Shown here piece by piece: positions 19,478-28,950 of a DNA stretch of 64,000 bases. Position numbers and translations under genes: made by a program. The stretch spans positions 211,102 through 275,101 of IMG/VR virus record IMGVR_UViG_3300029258_002750. One strand, 5' to 3'. The notes below the pieces were generated by a model. The model ran no database searches. It worked only from the letters and a program-made list of their open reading frames with translations, and was not told the DNA's origin. Position 1 is the first letter of the stretch. Each line of letters starts with the position of its first letter.

Positions 19478-21343
19478 ATGGCGAGCTTCCCTACATACGA
19501 CTTCACCGAAGAGTTCGTGAAGACTCGCTTCTTGGAGCCGTTCGCGGGTGATGCCATCAACGTGCGCGCGCTCGCCCTTCCGCGAGGTGTGTATCTGGGC
19601 TTCATCCCGCAGACGACGCCAGGCTCCGACATCCTGGTGCTGGCCACCGACCCGAACCACAACTTCTCCAAGCTGTCGGTCGGTTCCCAGACCAGGAAGA
19701 TGAACGTCGACCTCTTCACGGCCAACGATGTGGACCTGAACTTCAACGGACACACCGTGTTCCCGGTCTACGTGATCGCAAGGGCGGACTACCGAGACAA
19801 GATCGCGACCCAGGCCAAGATCCTGACGAGGGCGACGACCGCCTCCGGGCCACAGGAGGTGCTGATTTGCAAGGTGGACAAGGTCGGCGCTGACCTTACG
19901 GTCACGTACGACTTCCCGGACACGCGTCAGCCGCCGATCGCGTTCGACGGGCAAGTGGTCGGATTCATGCCTGACGACGCGATCACCGACCTGGAGATCG
20001 GCAACTCGACGCGGGCCGAGGTTACCGACGCGCGGCTGTCGGCGCACACGACGCCCGCGCCGCACCCGAGCCTGGCCGATCGTATCGAAGCCGATCTGGT
20101 CGGTCCGTCGATGGCCGACCGACTCGGCTACCGGCTCAGTCTCCTCGTCGGCAACCTGGTAACGGGGGTGGCCGGAACAGCGACGAATGTGTCCGGTTCG
20201 TTTGCGGCCACGAATCGCGAGTTCGCTCCTCTGATCGACGTCGTCCCCGGCGGAACAGAGACGGACGAGGGCGCGCTCACCGACCCTACCGACACGCTCC
20301 GCAACCTGTGTTTCGTCGTGGACGGAGGCACCGGCCAGCGGGTCGTCGACTCGACCAGCCGGGAGCCGATTTACGGCAGTCTCGTGTTCACGGAGTCGGC
20401 CCCCGGCTCCGACATCTCCGGCAACGTGTCCGGGACGATCAACTTCTACAACGGCACAACCACCGTCGATGGGACCGGCAACCCGTTCGCCTCCATCCAA
20501 GAGGGCGACCTGGTCAAGGCGACGAGTCCGCCTGGCGACGACAGGTGGTACGAGATCGCCGAGATCGACGACGCGAACAACGCCACGCTGGGAGCCGCCT
20601 TCCAAGGCGGGACGCCTGGAGGTCCGGCCATTCCCGTCGTCAATCCGCCGTTCCGTCGGTACACCCTGAACTTCTTCACCGTGTCGGGTGGTGCTCACTC
20701 GATGCCGGGTGGCAGCTCGATCAGGTTCCTCTTCCCGGCCTTCTACCGCGCCGACAGGTCGATCTTCGATGGGTGGCTGCTCCTCAAGCGGAACGGTGAG
20801 CTGCCGCCGGTGCCCGATGCGACCGAGTCCACGCCCGGCAAGGCGCTGCTCGCAGCCCCAGACGGCAAGGTGGGCTCGCTCAGATCGGTCGAGAACAACG
20901 GAACGCCGGTTGGCAACGACTACCACACGCTCAACTTCGTCTACGGCGGTGCCTCGGACGCTGGTCTGGGCGTGGCCGAGGTGTCGGTAATCGGCGCGAA
21001 GGGGCCGAAGGGGGCTGACTCGAACCCGGGTCCAACGGGGCCGCAGGGAGACCCCGGCTACGGCTTCACGAACTGCAACCCGTTCGAGAAGGATTCGTTG
21101 TGGGTCGGCCCTGGCCCGACGGTCTCGAAGTCGTTCACGGTCGATTTCAGCTCGGTGTCCCCGTCGATCTCTTCGATCCGACACGTCTGGGGCGGCCTCG
21201 CCGGATTGCGAGGGTTCAACCAGGGGAGAGAGATCAGAATCGACCACCTCAGCTTCTCCGGCTCGACGGGCCGGATCGACGGTCGCCTGATCGGCGCGGC
21301 CGAAAACATCTACTTCAAGCTATGGTTGGGGGCCTGCGAATGA
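19478..21343 (+). CDS. Tail fibre protein, paralog 3 of 3
   Basis: PRGVYLGFIP, GFMP, HTLNF, Gly-X-Y run. Confidence 0.75.
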   Translation: MASFPTYDFTEEFVKTRFLEPFAGDAINVRALALPRGVYLGFIPQTTPGSDILVLATDPNHNFSKLSVGSQTRKMNVDLFTANDVDLNFNGHTVFPVYVIARADYRDKIATQAKILTRATTASGPQEVLICKVDKVGADLTVTYDFPDTRQPPIAFDGQVVGFMPDDAITDLEIGNSTRAEVTDARLSAHTTPAPHPSLADRIEADLVGPSMADRLGYRLSLLVGNLVTGVAGTATNVSGSFAATNREFAPLIDVVPGGTETDEGALTDPTDTLRNLCFVVDGGTGQRVVDSTSREPIYGSLVFTESAPGSDISGNVSGTINFYNGTTTVDGTGNPFASIQEGDLVKATSPPGDDRWYEIAEIDDANNATLGAAFQGGTPGGPAIPVVNPPFRRYTLNFFTVSGGAHSMPGGSSIRFLFPAFYRADRSIFDGWLLLKRNGELPPVPDATESTPGKALLAAPDGKVGSLRSVENNGTPVGNDYHTLNFVYGGASDAGLGVAEVSVIGAKGPKGADSNPGPTGPQGDPGYGFTNCNPFEKDSLWVGPGPTVSKSFTVDFSSVSPSISSIRHVWGGLAGLRGFNQGREIRIDHLSFSGSTGRIDGRLIGAAENIYFKLWLGACE

Positions 21344-21942
21344 GGCACTACTTCGGATACCTGGCAGACGGCGCCTTGACCTCGATCGAGACCCACACGC
21401 CCGGCGGCTGGCCGCCCTGTGACTGCTCGCCTGGCTGCGAGGGTCTCTCCAACCCGGACTGCAAGCACGAGAATTCGACGACGCTTCGGGCGAGTCGGGC
21501 CAAGCACCGGCCGGACATCGTCGGCTACATCGCCTACGATTGTCCATGCCCAGCTGAGATGAAGCACTGCGCAGGTCACGTGAGCGTAGTCTTCGCCGAG
21601 AACTGGGTCGTGGACGGCAAGCTGACCCCCAAACCTGTGACGAAGCACTACATCGACGGCGAGGAGGTCACACAGGGCCAGACGATCGCGAGGCCGCCTG
21701 GCACCGAGCTGGAGTACAAGCTCGCGTCGCCTGGGATCCCAGATGGCACCAAGGTCAACTGCTCACAGGCCCGGTCTACGTGGGTTGCCCCCGAGGCCGA
21801 ATGGGAGATGGTCTTTACCAACGGCGAGACGCCGGTGAAGAGGCTGGTTGTGCCTGCCCAGGGCGCTGTCGGTATGGTCAAGGCCGCCGGGATGCTGGCG
21901 CGCGGCACTCGGTTTAGGATTCTCGGCTGGGCAGTAGGGTAA
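21340..21942 (+). CDS. Cys-rich hypothetical protein (possible fibre assembly protein)
   Basis: ATGA overlap; CDC..C..C and CPC..C clusters. Confidence 0.65.
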   Translation: MRHYFGYLADGALTSIETHTPGGWPPCDCSPGCEGLSNPDCKHENSTTLRASRAKHRPDIVGYIAYDCPCPAEMKHCAGHVSVVFAENWVVDGKLTPKPVTKHYIDGEEVTQGQTIARPPGTELEYKLASPGIPDGTKVNCSQARSTWVAPEAEWEMVFTNGETPVKRLVVPAQGAVGMVKAAGMLARGTRFRILGWAVG

Positions 21943-21986
21943 GCTGTTCGGCCCCAACAATCAGCCCACTGTGGGAGGAGGAAGAC

Positions 21987-22304
21987 GTGAGACGAGTTCT
22001 CGCTATGACGGTGCTGGTGGGCGTTCTGTTCTTGAGCGCCTGTGCTTGCGATCGTCATCCGGTGACGATGGTGAGCATCGACAGCTACGTCGAGTCCATC
22101 GAGAAGATCAAGGACAACCTGGAGAAGGACATCCGCCCCGGCTACTCGGAGGCGCTGGACGCGGCCGTCGAGGCCGAAGCGATCATCCCCGAGCTGAAGG
22201 AGGGACGGCTGGACGTCGTGGACGCCACGATCCTTCTCTGCGACGACTGTCTGACAGGCGCCGTCGAGGAGAAGAAGGCCGCCGAGGGCGGAGGTGACCA
22301 GTGA
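21987..22304 (+). CDS. Putative lipoprotein
   Basis: MRR, hydrophobic h-region and lipobox LSA-C; RBS GGAGG. Confidence 0.75.
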   Translation: MRRVLAMTVLVGVLFLSACACDRHPVTMVSIDSYVESIEKIKDNLEKDIRPGYSEALDAAVEAEAIIPELKEGRLDVVDATILLCDDCLTGAVEEKKAAEGGGDQ

Positions 22305-22822
22305 GCGACGAGTCCGCCCCGACCCCCGACCTGAAGGAGCAGGTCATCGCCATCGCCGAGCCGAAGCTCGTCGAGGCAGCCGACCGGATTCGCGGCAACT
22401 TCATGACGAAGTTCGGCGAGTTCGTCGAGGCAGCTCACAAGGACGAGCTGGAGGATCTGTTCAAGGGCGCGGCCGACGCCAAGGTCAAGTGTCTCGTGCA
22501 GACGGATCCCGAGAAGGCCCGGCAGTGGGCGCAGGTCTACGAGTCCAAGGTCCGCGCGATGGAGACGCTGGGCCTGGGCGCGAAGGTTGTCGCGGATGCC
22601 AAGGCCGCGAGCTTCCTGATGGAGACCGTGAACCTCGTCCTCGACACACTCGAGGACATCGCGATCAGCATCATCAAGGGCGTCACGGCCGGACTCGTGT
22701 CCGGCGCGATCAACGCCCTCACCGGCGGCGCAGCCGGGGCCGTGGGAGGAGGGATCGCGGGCGCGGTCGATTCCTTTCTCGACGCTGCTGGAGACGCCGC
22801 CACCGGACCCTCTGAGAGCTGA
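22301..22822 (+). CDS. Helical hypothetical protein with Gly/Ala-rich hydrophobic C-terminus
   Basis: GTGA overlap, RBS GGAGG. Confidence 0.75.
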   Translation: MSDESAPTPDLKEQVIAIAEPKLVEAADRIRGNFMTKFGEFVEAAHKDELEDLFKGAADAKVKCLVQTDPEKARQWAQVYESKVRAMETLGLGAKVVADAKAASFLMETVNLVLDTLEDIAISIIKGVTAGLVSGAINALTGGAAGAVGGGIAGAVDSFLDAAGDAATGPSES

Positions 22823-22841
22823 CGGGCTCAAGGACAGAACG

Positions 22842-23225
22842 ATGGCAGAGTTCACGATCGAACAGGTGGAGCAGCACGCCAAGGACGTGCTCGAGGTGTT
22901 CGAGGACGGCTGGCAGTGGACCGATCTCTTCGAGATCGTCCCGAAGGTGATGGAGATCGTCGAGGCGGTCGAGGGCATGACCGGCGCAGAGAAGGCTGCG
23001 GCGGCCGAGCAGATCCTCGACTACGTGATCGATGAGACCGACATCCCGTGGCTGCCGGACAGCCTCATCGACCCGATCCTCAAGAAGGGGGTCCGCTACA
23101 TGATGCCCGTCATCTGCAAGGCGGCGAAGGGCGGCGAGGACGGCTACGCGATCAACAACGACGCGGTCACCAGGCTGGGCGACCTCGCCCGCGACCCGGA
23201 GACCGGGGGCGCGGCCGAAGGGTAG
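22842..23225 (+). CDS. Acidic helical hypothetical protein with DAVTRLGDLA motif
   Basis: RBS AGGA; DIPWLPD..IDPILK. Confidence 0.75.
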   Translation: MAEFTIEQVEQHAKDVLEVFEDGWQWTDLFEIVPKVMEIVEAVEGMTGAEKAAAAEQILDYVIDETDIPWLPDSLIDPILKKGVRYMMPVICKAAKGGEDGYAINNDAVTRLGDLARDPETGGAAEG

Positions 23226-23250
23226 GACTCATCCCGTCTTGGGACAGCTT

Positions 23251-23290
23251 GGGGCGGCTCGCGGGGTACTCGGGCCGTCCCTTGTTGTTC
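23251..23290 (+). terminator. Probable intrinsic terminator
   Basis: GGGCGGCTCG/CGGGCCGTCC stem with G-U pairs, followed by TTGTTGTTC. Confidence 0.55.
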
Positions 23291-23349
23291 GGGCGCGTCC
23301 TGGTGCTCTCCCGCCTTGGGGCGCATAATGGGGCACGGAGCTTCGGCTT

Positions 23350-24099
23350 ATGTCGATCAACACGCGCCTGAGCGACACGCAGGACATCTTCCGCGACGGC
23401 GAGCCGCGCGCGGCCTATATGTTCCCGGAGATGGTGAGCATCGCCGGGAACAAGAGGACGGGCGCGATCAGCGACGAGACGTTCGTCTTCCAGTACTGGC
23501 CGGAATCGCTCGACGACACCTACAACGTCGAGTACGCCCAGAAGCAGGTTCCGGGAGCGAGCCATCCGCTGCTTCAGTGGATCGGCGGGAGCGGCCGACA
23601 GATCACCTTCACGGCTCAGTTCACGGCCGAGTTGGACATGGGCGAGGAGCGCGGCGGCCTGAGCGTGCAGGCCAGCATCAACCAGGGGTTAGCTCGCATC
23701 GGGATGATGCCGTCCGACCGATACACGGTGGACATCCGAGCTGCGCTCTCGCGCCTGCGCTCGTTCATGATGGCCGACTACGGGACCCAGGCGAGCGGCC
23801 TCAACTCGTTAGCCAGCCCGCCCAAGAAGCTCTGGCTCGTGCTCGAGGGCTCGCTGCTCGGTGGCACCGACGACGCGATCCTGGTGGTCCTCCGCAGCGC
23901 CCCGATCACCTACGAGTCCTGGTTCCCGAACGGCCACCCGCGCATGGTCCAGGTCTCACTCACCTTCGACGAGATCGTCCAGCACTCGTCAGCTGGCAGG
24001 GGTCAGTCGTCGATCAAGTACATCGGCCGGACTCCGTTCGAGCAGGACGGCCGCAACTACCAGTACAGGGGCACCGTCGATAGGGTGCTGGGGCAGTAG
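23350..24099 (+). CDS. Contractile injection system tube-like protein (tube initiator, Pvc7/gp48-gp54-like)
   Basis: FQYWPESL....VEY....VPG.SHPLLQW..G.GRQITF; F.NG.PR...VSLTF.E. Confidence 0.8.
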   Translation: MSINTRLSDTQDIFRDGEPRAAYMFPEMVSIAGNKRTGAISDETFVFQYWPESLDDTYNVEYAQKQVPGASHPLLQWIGGSGRQITFTAQFTAELDMGEERGGLSVQASINQGLARIGMMPSDRYTVDIRAALSRLRSFMMADYGTQASGLNSLASPPKKLWLVLEGSLLGGTDDAILVVLRSAPITYESWFPNGHPRMVQVSLTFDEIVQHSSAGRGQSSIKYIGRTPFEQDGRNYQYRGTVDRVLGQ

Positions 24100-24115
24100 A
24101 TCCCAGGGGGCTTGA

Positions 24116-24433
24116 ATGGCAGGCACAGGCGAGACGAGCATTCGCTCCTACAACTACTTCGTGGACTCCACGATCCAGGGCGCTGGCACCTACACCGACA
24201 ACGTGTTGGTGTTCGAGGATCTGGACACGACCAACCCGTTCACGAGCCACTCGATCATGCTGGCGAACGACGCGGGATCCGACATCTACTTCCGCGTCGC
24301 GCCAGACACCGGCGGTCTACCGGACCACGGACGCGTGAAGGCTGGTGAGTCGCTGGTGCAGGACTTCCGGCGGCTGAAGGCCATCTACCTCAAGGGGACT
24401 CCGGGAGCCGCCTTCCGCTTCTGGGCCTGGTAG
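24116..24433 (+). CDS. Small beta-rich virion-like protein
   Basis: 105 aa ending FRFWAW. Confidence 0.7.
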   Translation: MAGTGETSIRSYNYFVDSTIQGAGTYTDNVLVFEDLDTTNPFTSHSIMLANDAGSDIYFRVAPDTGGLPDHGRVKAGESLVQDFRRLKAIYLKGTPGAAFRFWAW

Positions 24434-24447
24434 CGTCAGGAGGACCC

Positions 24448-24987
24448 GTGAGCGGTATCGGCAAGCGTGGCCCCGGGGGCTTCACCGTTGGCGCGCTCCA
24501 GGGCGTGCACGGCAATGAGCGCATCTTCGTTGCGGACATGCTCCAGGTGCCCGGCGGCACGTGGCCGGTCTCGTCCAACGCCCCGGTGGTCGCCGACTCC
24601 CCTTACTCGGCGTCCGGGCTAGCTCGAGCCTTCGTGGACTCCGGCGAGACCGGCGCCGGGTTCTCGCTCCAGATCCCGTCCGGCGTGACGACGATGGTCG
24701 TGAGGATGCCGGGCCGAGCCGGGGACGCTCCCGCTGTGGCCGGTGACGTCGTTGTACGCCTGCACGCGCGGGTGGGAGCTGGCGCGTGGTCAGGTCCGGT
24801 TGCCTTGGGGATCCTCGCTGTGCCCAACGACCTGGCGCAGAGCTGGTCGTTCTCCACGACGCTCGCTGGTCTGAGCCTGAGCCCGGGTGACGATGCGCAG
24901 TTCATCGTGAGTAGGAATCCGGCCTCAGGCTCGGACACCCTGGTGGGCCGTTGGTTCCTCTACGAGCTGGGGGTCAACTTCGCATGA
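24448..24987 (+). CDS. Hypothetical beta-sandwich virion protein
   Basis: RBS GGAGG; GFSLQIP ... SR...SDTL fold pattern. Confidence 0.65.
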   Translation: MSGIGKRGPGGFTVGALQGVHGNERIFVADMLQVPGGTWPVSSNAPVVADSPYSASGLARAFVDSGETGAGFSLQIPSGVTTMVVRMPGRAGDAPAVAGDVVVRLHARVGAGAWSGPVALGILAVPNDLAQSWSFSTTLAGLSLSPGDDAQFIVSRNPASGSDTLVGRWFLYELGVNFA

Positions 24988-25829
24988 GCAGTCTCGGCAG
25001 ACCCGGCTACAGCACGCTCGGCACTCCAGTCGATCCTGCTTCGCCGTCTGGCATCCTGATCGACCCGACCACCGAGATCGGCGGATCTCCCGCGCTCAAC
25101 GATGTCCTCAAGGGCGACGGCCTGGGCGGCTGGACCGTTGGCCCGGCGCCCGGCGCTGGCGGCATCACCTACAAAGGCACGTGGGACGCTTCTACGAATA
25201 CTCCCGCGCTCGCTTCTGGTGTTGGCACCCCGGGCGAATACTACATCGTCGCGGTCGGCGGAACCACGACCCTCGACGGTGTCAGCCTGTGGACCGTGGG
25301 CGACTGGGCTATCTTCAACGGGACCGCCTGGCAGAAGATCGACAACGACACCAGGCCGGACTACGGACCGCTTGCTGCCGATCCGGCAGGGACTTCGCCG
25401 GACGGCTCCAAGTACTACAACACCGCGCTCGACATGGAGATGCGCTACGACGCCACCCGCGCGAAGTGGGTCTCTGTTGAGGCCAAGGTGTGCACCTTCT
25501 CGAACTCGGGCTTCTTCGGAACAGCGGCCGGGGCTTACTACCGTGGTATCGGGGCCGTCACCGGGGCAGGCGCTACGGGGTACCTCTTGCCGCACAACGC
25601 AACTGTGGTGGCAATGGGCTACACCAGGACGGACACGGATGCGGCAACCTTCGAGGTGATGGACGATGGGGCCTCGGTCGCTACACTGGCGTCCTCGGCC
25701 GCGTCTGGCAAGAGCACCGCACTGAACGTGGACATCGCCTCCGACAGCGTGCTGTCCCTGCGGAACCAGTCCGGGGGGAACACCACCTCCGGGGTCCAGG
25801 CGTGGGTGAAGGTCCGGTGGAGGGCGTAG
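24984..25829 (+). CDS. Fibre/adaptor protein with C-terminal module X
   Basis: YKGTWDASTNTP..GEYYIV..W.VGDW..W.KIDN fibre domain; ends KVRWRA. Confidence 0.75.
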   Translation: MSSLGRPGYSTLGTPVDPASPSGILIDPTTEIGGSPALNDVLKGDGLGGWTVGPAPGAGGITYKGTWDASTNTPALASGVGTPGEYYIVAVGGTTTLDGVSLWTVGDWAIFNGTAWQKIDNDTRPDYGPLAADPAGTSPDGSKYYNTALDMEMRYDATRAKWVSVEAKVCTFSNSGFFGTAAGAYYRGIGAVTGAGATGYLLPHNATVVAMGYTRTDTDAATFEVMDDGASVATLASSAASGKSTALNVDIASDSVLSLRNQSGGNTTSGVQAWVKVRWRA

Positions 25830-28206
25830 CGTGACGACCATCATCGCGAAGAACCAGACCGCAGGCGACCTCGCGCTCACGCGCTTGGTTGCGCCCGATG
25901 CCAAGATCCCGGCGAGCGGCCAGGCCCAGCTGACCGACTGGAACGCGCCCTACGAGATCACGATCGACCCGGAGCTGGTCGCCTACATCAACGCCGACCA
26001 GGTGCTCCTGAACATCGACGGCGTGGACCTGACCAAGGCGGAGAGCCTGACGGCCGCCGAGCAGAAGGTCGCGGGCACGAACATCGGCAACCTGGTCGAG
26101 GTTGTGGATGTTGGCGGAAGTGTCGCCGGACTACCGGCGCTGGACGGCTCCTTGCTCACCAATCTGGCGGCCTCCGGCGCCTACCGGCTTCCCCCGAACC
26201 TCGTGCTGGTGGATCCAGCCCAGCCAGCCCTGGTCGGGGTTCGATACCAGACATGGGCCGCCGCCGACACCTACGTGGCAACGCAAACACCGTCCTCCAC
26301 GAACAGGTGGGGCATCCAGATCACCGGCACGAACAGCGAGAACATCGTCGTGCGCCCGTGGGTGGTCATCGTGGGGATGCCAGAAGGGTCCACGAGGCTC
26401 ACCGGCAACCTGACCTCGACGGTCAGCTTCAACGGCACAGGCGACCCCACCATCGGGCTCGTGCGCGAGTGCGAAGTCGCCAGTCTCGCTTTCTCGGCCG
26501 CGAACGAGTGGACCATCTTCCACAACTGCAAGCTGACGGGAGGAACTCCCACCGGAGGTTGGTGCCGACTCGACCATTGCCGCGTGGATGGCGGCAACTA
26601 CTTCAACATGGATCTGATGCAGATCTACCGCAGCATCGTCGATGGTTCCGGCGGCGGCTTCCCGGACGTGGTCCAGGCGCACTGGACCAGGTTCGCGTCG
26701 AACTACACCCTGCGGGGCGGCAACTTCAACTTCTGCGAGATCTTCATCGGCGGCACCACAACCTACCTGGCCGGGAGCTACACGCTCTGGAACTGCGTCA
26801 GCTACGCTGCGCTGAACGCGGCCAGCGCCGGGCATCGGATCAGGATTCTCAACACCATCCTGGTGGGAAACCCCACGATCACCCTCAACCCCGGTGACCT
26901 GACCACGCGCTCGGTCGTGGGGGACTTCGCCGTCTCTAACACAGGCGGCAACTGGACCAACGAGGGCGACTTCTACGACAACACGGCCTCCGGCCTCGCG
27001 GCGGATGAGGTCCAGGCGGCCATCGACGAGATCGTGGCCGGTCTGCCCACTGGCGATGTCGTCGGGCCGGGAAGCTCGACTACCAACAACGTGCCCCAGT
27101 TTGCGGACACGTCCGGCAAGCTCCTGAAGGATGGGCTGACGCCTGGCGGCGCAAATGGTCTGGCCACGCTCAACTCGGGCAGCAAGGTACCGCTGATCCA
27201 GCTCCCAGCTTCGCAGACGCCAGCTGTGGACACGATTCCCGTCTCTGGCTCGGTTCAGCCCACGATCAACCCAGGTTGGCTCCCGGGCGCGTCCGAGAGC
27301 GCGCAGGGCGCTATCGAGATCGCCACCCAGACCGAGACCGACACCGGCACGGACAATACGCGTGCTGTTACTCCGCTCAAGCTAGCTGGTCGAACGGCTA
27401 CAGAAACGCGCGCTGGTATTGCCGAGCTTGCGACTCAGGCCGAGACGGATACCGGTACAGACGATGCCAGGATCGTCACCCCGCTCAAGCTCAAGGGAAG
27501 GGTGCCGCGCACGGACTTCGGCGCATCGGCCAGTGACCCAGCCGGGTCTCCTGTTGACGGGGACATCTACTACAACACGGCGCTCGACAAGGAAATGCGA
27601 TACGACGCGACGAGAGCTAAGTGGCTTTCGGTTGCCGAGGCCGCCTACCAGTTCGGCCGCAACGGAGACACGCCTAGCGGCTCGTTCTATCGCGGTATCA
27701 ACGGGCTTGCGTTTTCTGCTACGCGGGGGCTGACTATGCCGCATGACGGAACAATTGTCGCCCTGGGCTATCACCGGGATGATTCAGATGCTGCAACCTT
27801 TGCGATTAGAAACAATACGACAGCAAGCGTCGTTGTGACAGTCGCCTCGACCGCTAACAAGGGAGTTGACTCGTCACTGAACGCTAACTTCTCGGCCCAG
27901 GACGTTCTCGCTCCCGGCAACAATACGGGCTCTAATACGACCTCCAATGTAATCGGCTGGTTCAAGGTCAAATGGAGGGTGTAGCGTATGACTACGATCA
28001 TCGCTAAGAATCAGACGGCCGGTGACCTGTTGCTGACATTGCTGTCAGTACCAGACACTGTGATTCCAGCCTCCGGCCAAGTCCAGTTGACGGATTGGAA
28101 CACAGTCACAGAAATTCAAAACGATCCCGAACTGCTTGCTTACATTAACAGCGATCAGGTGCTGCTGAACATCGACGGCGAGGACCAGACCAAGGCGCAG
28201 AGTCTT
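25353..28206 (+). repeat. Two diverged copies (about 25353-26049 and 27508-28206) of a unit spanning gene end, stop and next gene start
   Basis: YYNTALD.EMRYDATRAKW...W.KV.WR* then TTIIAKNQTAGDL...IPASGQ.QLTDWN...DQVLLNIDG in both copies. Confidence 0.85.
25831..27984 (+). CDS. Tail fibre/spike: module Y, beta-helix-like region, fibre repeats, module X
   Basis: Starts TTIIAKNQTAGDL; two ATQ.ETDTGTD..R.VTPLKL repeats; ends KVKWRV. Confidence 0.8.
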   Translation: MTTIIAKNQTAGDLALTRLVAPDAKIPASGQAQLTDWNAPYEITIDPELVAYINADQVLLNIDGVDLTKAESLTAAEQKVAGTNIGNLVEVVDVGGSVAGLPALDGSLLTNLAASGAYRLPPNLVLVDPAQPALVGVRYQTWAAADTYVATQTPSSTNRWGIQITGTNSENIVVRPWVVIVGMPEGSTRLTGNLTSTVSFNGTGDPTIGLVRECEVASLAFSAANEWTIFHNCKLTGGTPTGGWCRLDHCRVDGGNYFNMDLMQIYRSIVDGSGGGFPDVVQAHWTRFASNYTLRGGNFNFCEIFIGGTTTYLAGSYTLWNCVSYAALNAASAGHRIRILNTILVGNPTITLNPGDLTTRSVVGDFAVSNTGGNWTNEGDFYDNTASGLAADEVQAAIDEIVAGLPTGDVVGPGSSTTNNVPQFADTSGKLLKDGLTPGGANGLATLNSGSKVPLIQLPASQTPAVDTIPVSGSVQPTINPGWLPGASESAQGAIEIATQTETDTGTDNTRAVTPLKLAGRTATETRAGIAELATQAETDTGTDDARIVTPLKLKGRVPRTDFGASASDPAGSPVDGDIYYNTALDKEMRYDATRAKWLSVAEAAYQFGRNGDTPSGSFYRGINGLAFSATRGLTMPHDGTIVALGYHRDDSDAATFAIRNNTTASVVVTVASTANKGVDSSLNANFSAQDVLAPGNNTGSNTTSNVIGWFKVKWRV

Positions 28207-28950
28207 GCGGCCCAGTCCACAGTGTCCTTTCCGGTTGACGACACGACCGAACTCGTCCGCGATCCTGTCGATACAACGAAGCGACTACGGCTAGACGCTG
28301 GGGCGGTCACGACAGGTACAACGAGGATAGTCTCTGTTCCAGACAAGAACGTCACGCTGGACGACGCGGCAGATTCCCGAGATCCGAACACGCACGCGAG
28401 TAGCCACCGGAACGGCGGCACTGACGAAGTAGCCACGGCAACCCCGGCCGCGAACGCGATCCCCAAGGCGGACGGTTCAGCCAAGCTCGATGGATGGGTT
28501 ACTGCCGATGTCGCTGGACCTTCGTCAGCAACGGACAACGCTGTTGCTAGGTTTGACGGTACGACGGGGAAGGTGGTCCAGGGGTCGGACGTAGTCATTG
28601 ACGACGACGGCGCTGTCTCCAACGTCGAGCGGATCGCCTACAAGACGGAGATCAACAACGGAAACAGCGGCGCGACGAAGACTATCGACTGGACAGCCGG
28701 TCAGAAGCAACGTGTGACCATGACAGCCGACTGCACGTTCTCCTTCACGGCGCCCGCCGGGCCTACCAACCTGTTGCTCAAGTTGGTACAGGATGTCACC
28801 GGCGGACACGACGCGACCTGGCCGGGTTCCGTGCTATGGGCGAAAGGCAAGGCGCCGAACCTCACAAACGGCGGCGATGCCATCGATATCGTCACGTTCT
28901 ACTACGACGGGACGAACTACTTCGGCGTGGCGAGCCTGGACTTCAGCTAG
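27988..28950 (+). CDS. Fibre protein with N-terminal module Y
   Basis: MTTIIAKNQTAGDL; GPSSATDNAVARFDGTTGK; TIDWTAG...TWPGSVLW..G.AP tip domain. Confidence 0.8.
   Translation: MTTIIAKNQTAGDLLLTLLSVPDTVIPASGQVQLTDWNTVTEIQNDPELLAYINSDQVLLNIDGEDQTKAQSLAAQSTVSFPVDDTTELVRDPVDTTKRLRLDAGAVTTGTTRIVSVPDKNVTLDDAADSRDPNTHASSHRNGGTDEVATATPAANAIPKADGSAKLDGWVTADVAGPSSATDNAVARFDGTTGKVVQGSDVVIDDDGAVSNVERIAYKTEINNGNSGATKTIDWTAGQKQRVTMTADCTFSFTAPAGPTNLLLKLVQDVTGGHDATWPGSVLWAKGKAPNLTNGGDAIDIVTFYYDGTNYFGVASLDFS

Noticed and set aside
19460-21247. Long antisense ORFs (595 aa here; also 34285-35511, 45460-46611, 7968-9101)
   Set aside because: Shadow frames of high-GC genes; no RBS or motifs, and the sense ORFs fit the operon
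1-24099. Chromosomal eCIS/tailocin locus instead of phage
   Set aside because: Frameshifted chaperone, nuclease insertion, DNA metabolism genes and many small accessory ORFs favour a phage, though capsid and terminase genes are not in the window
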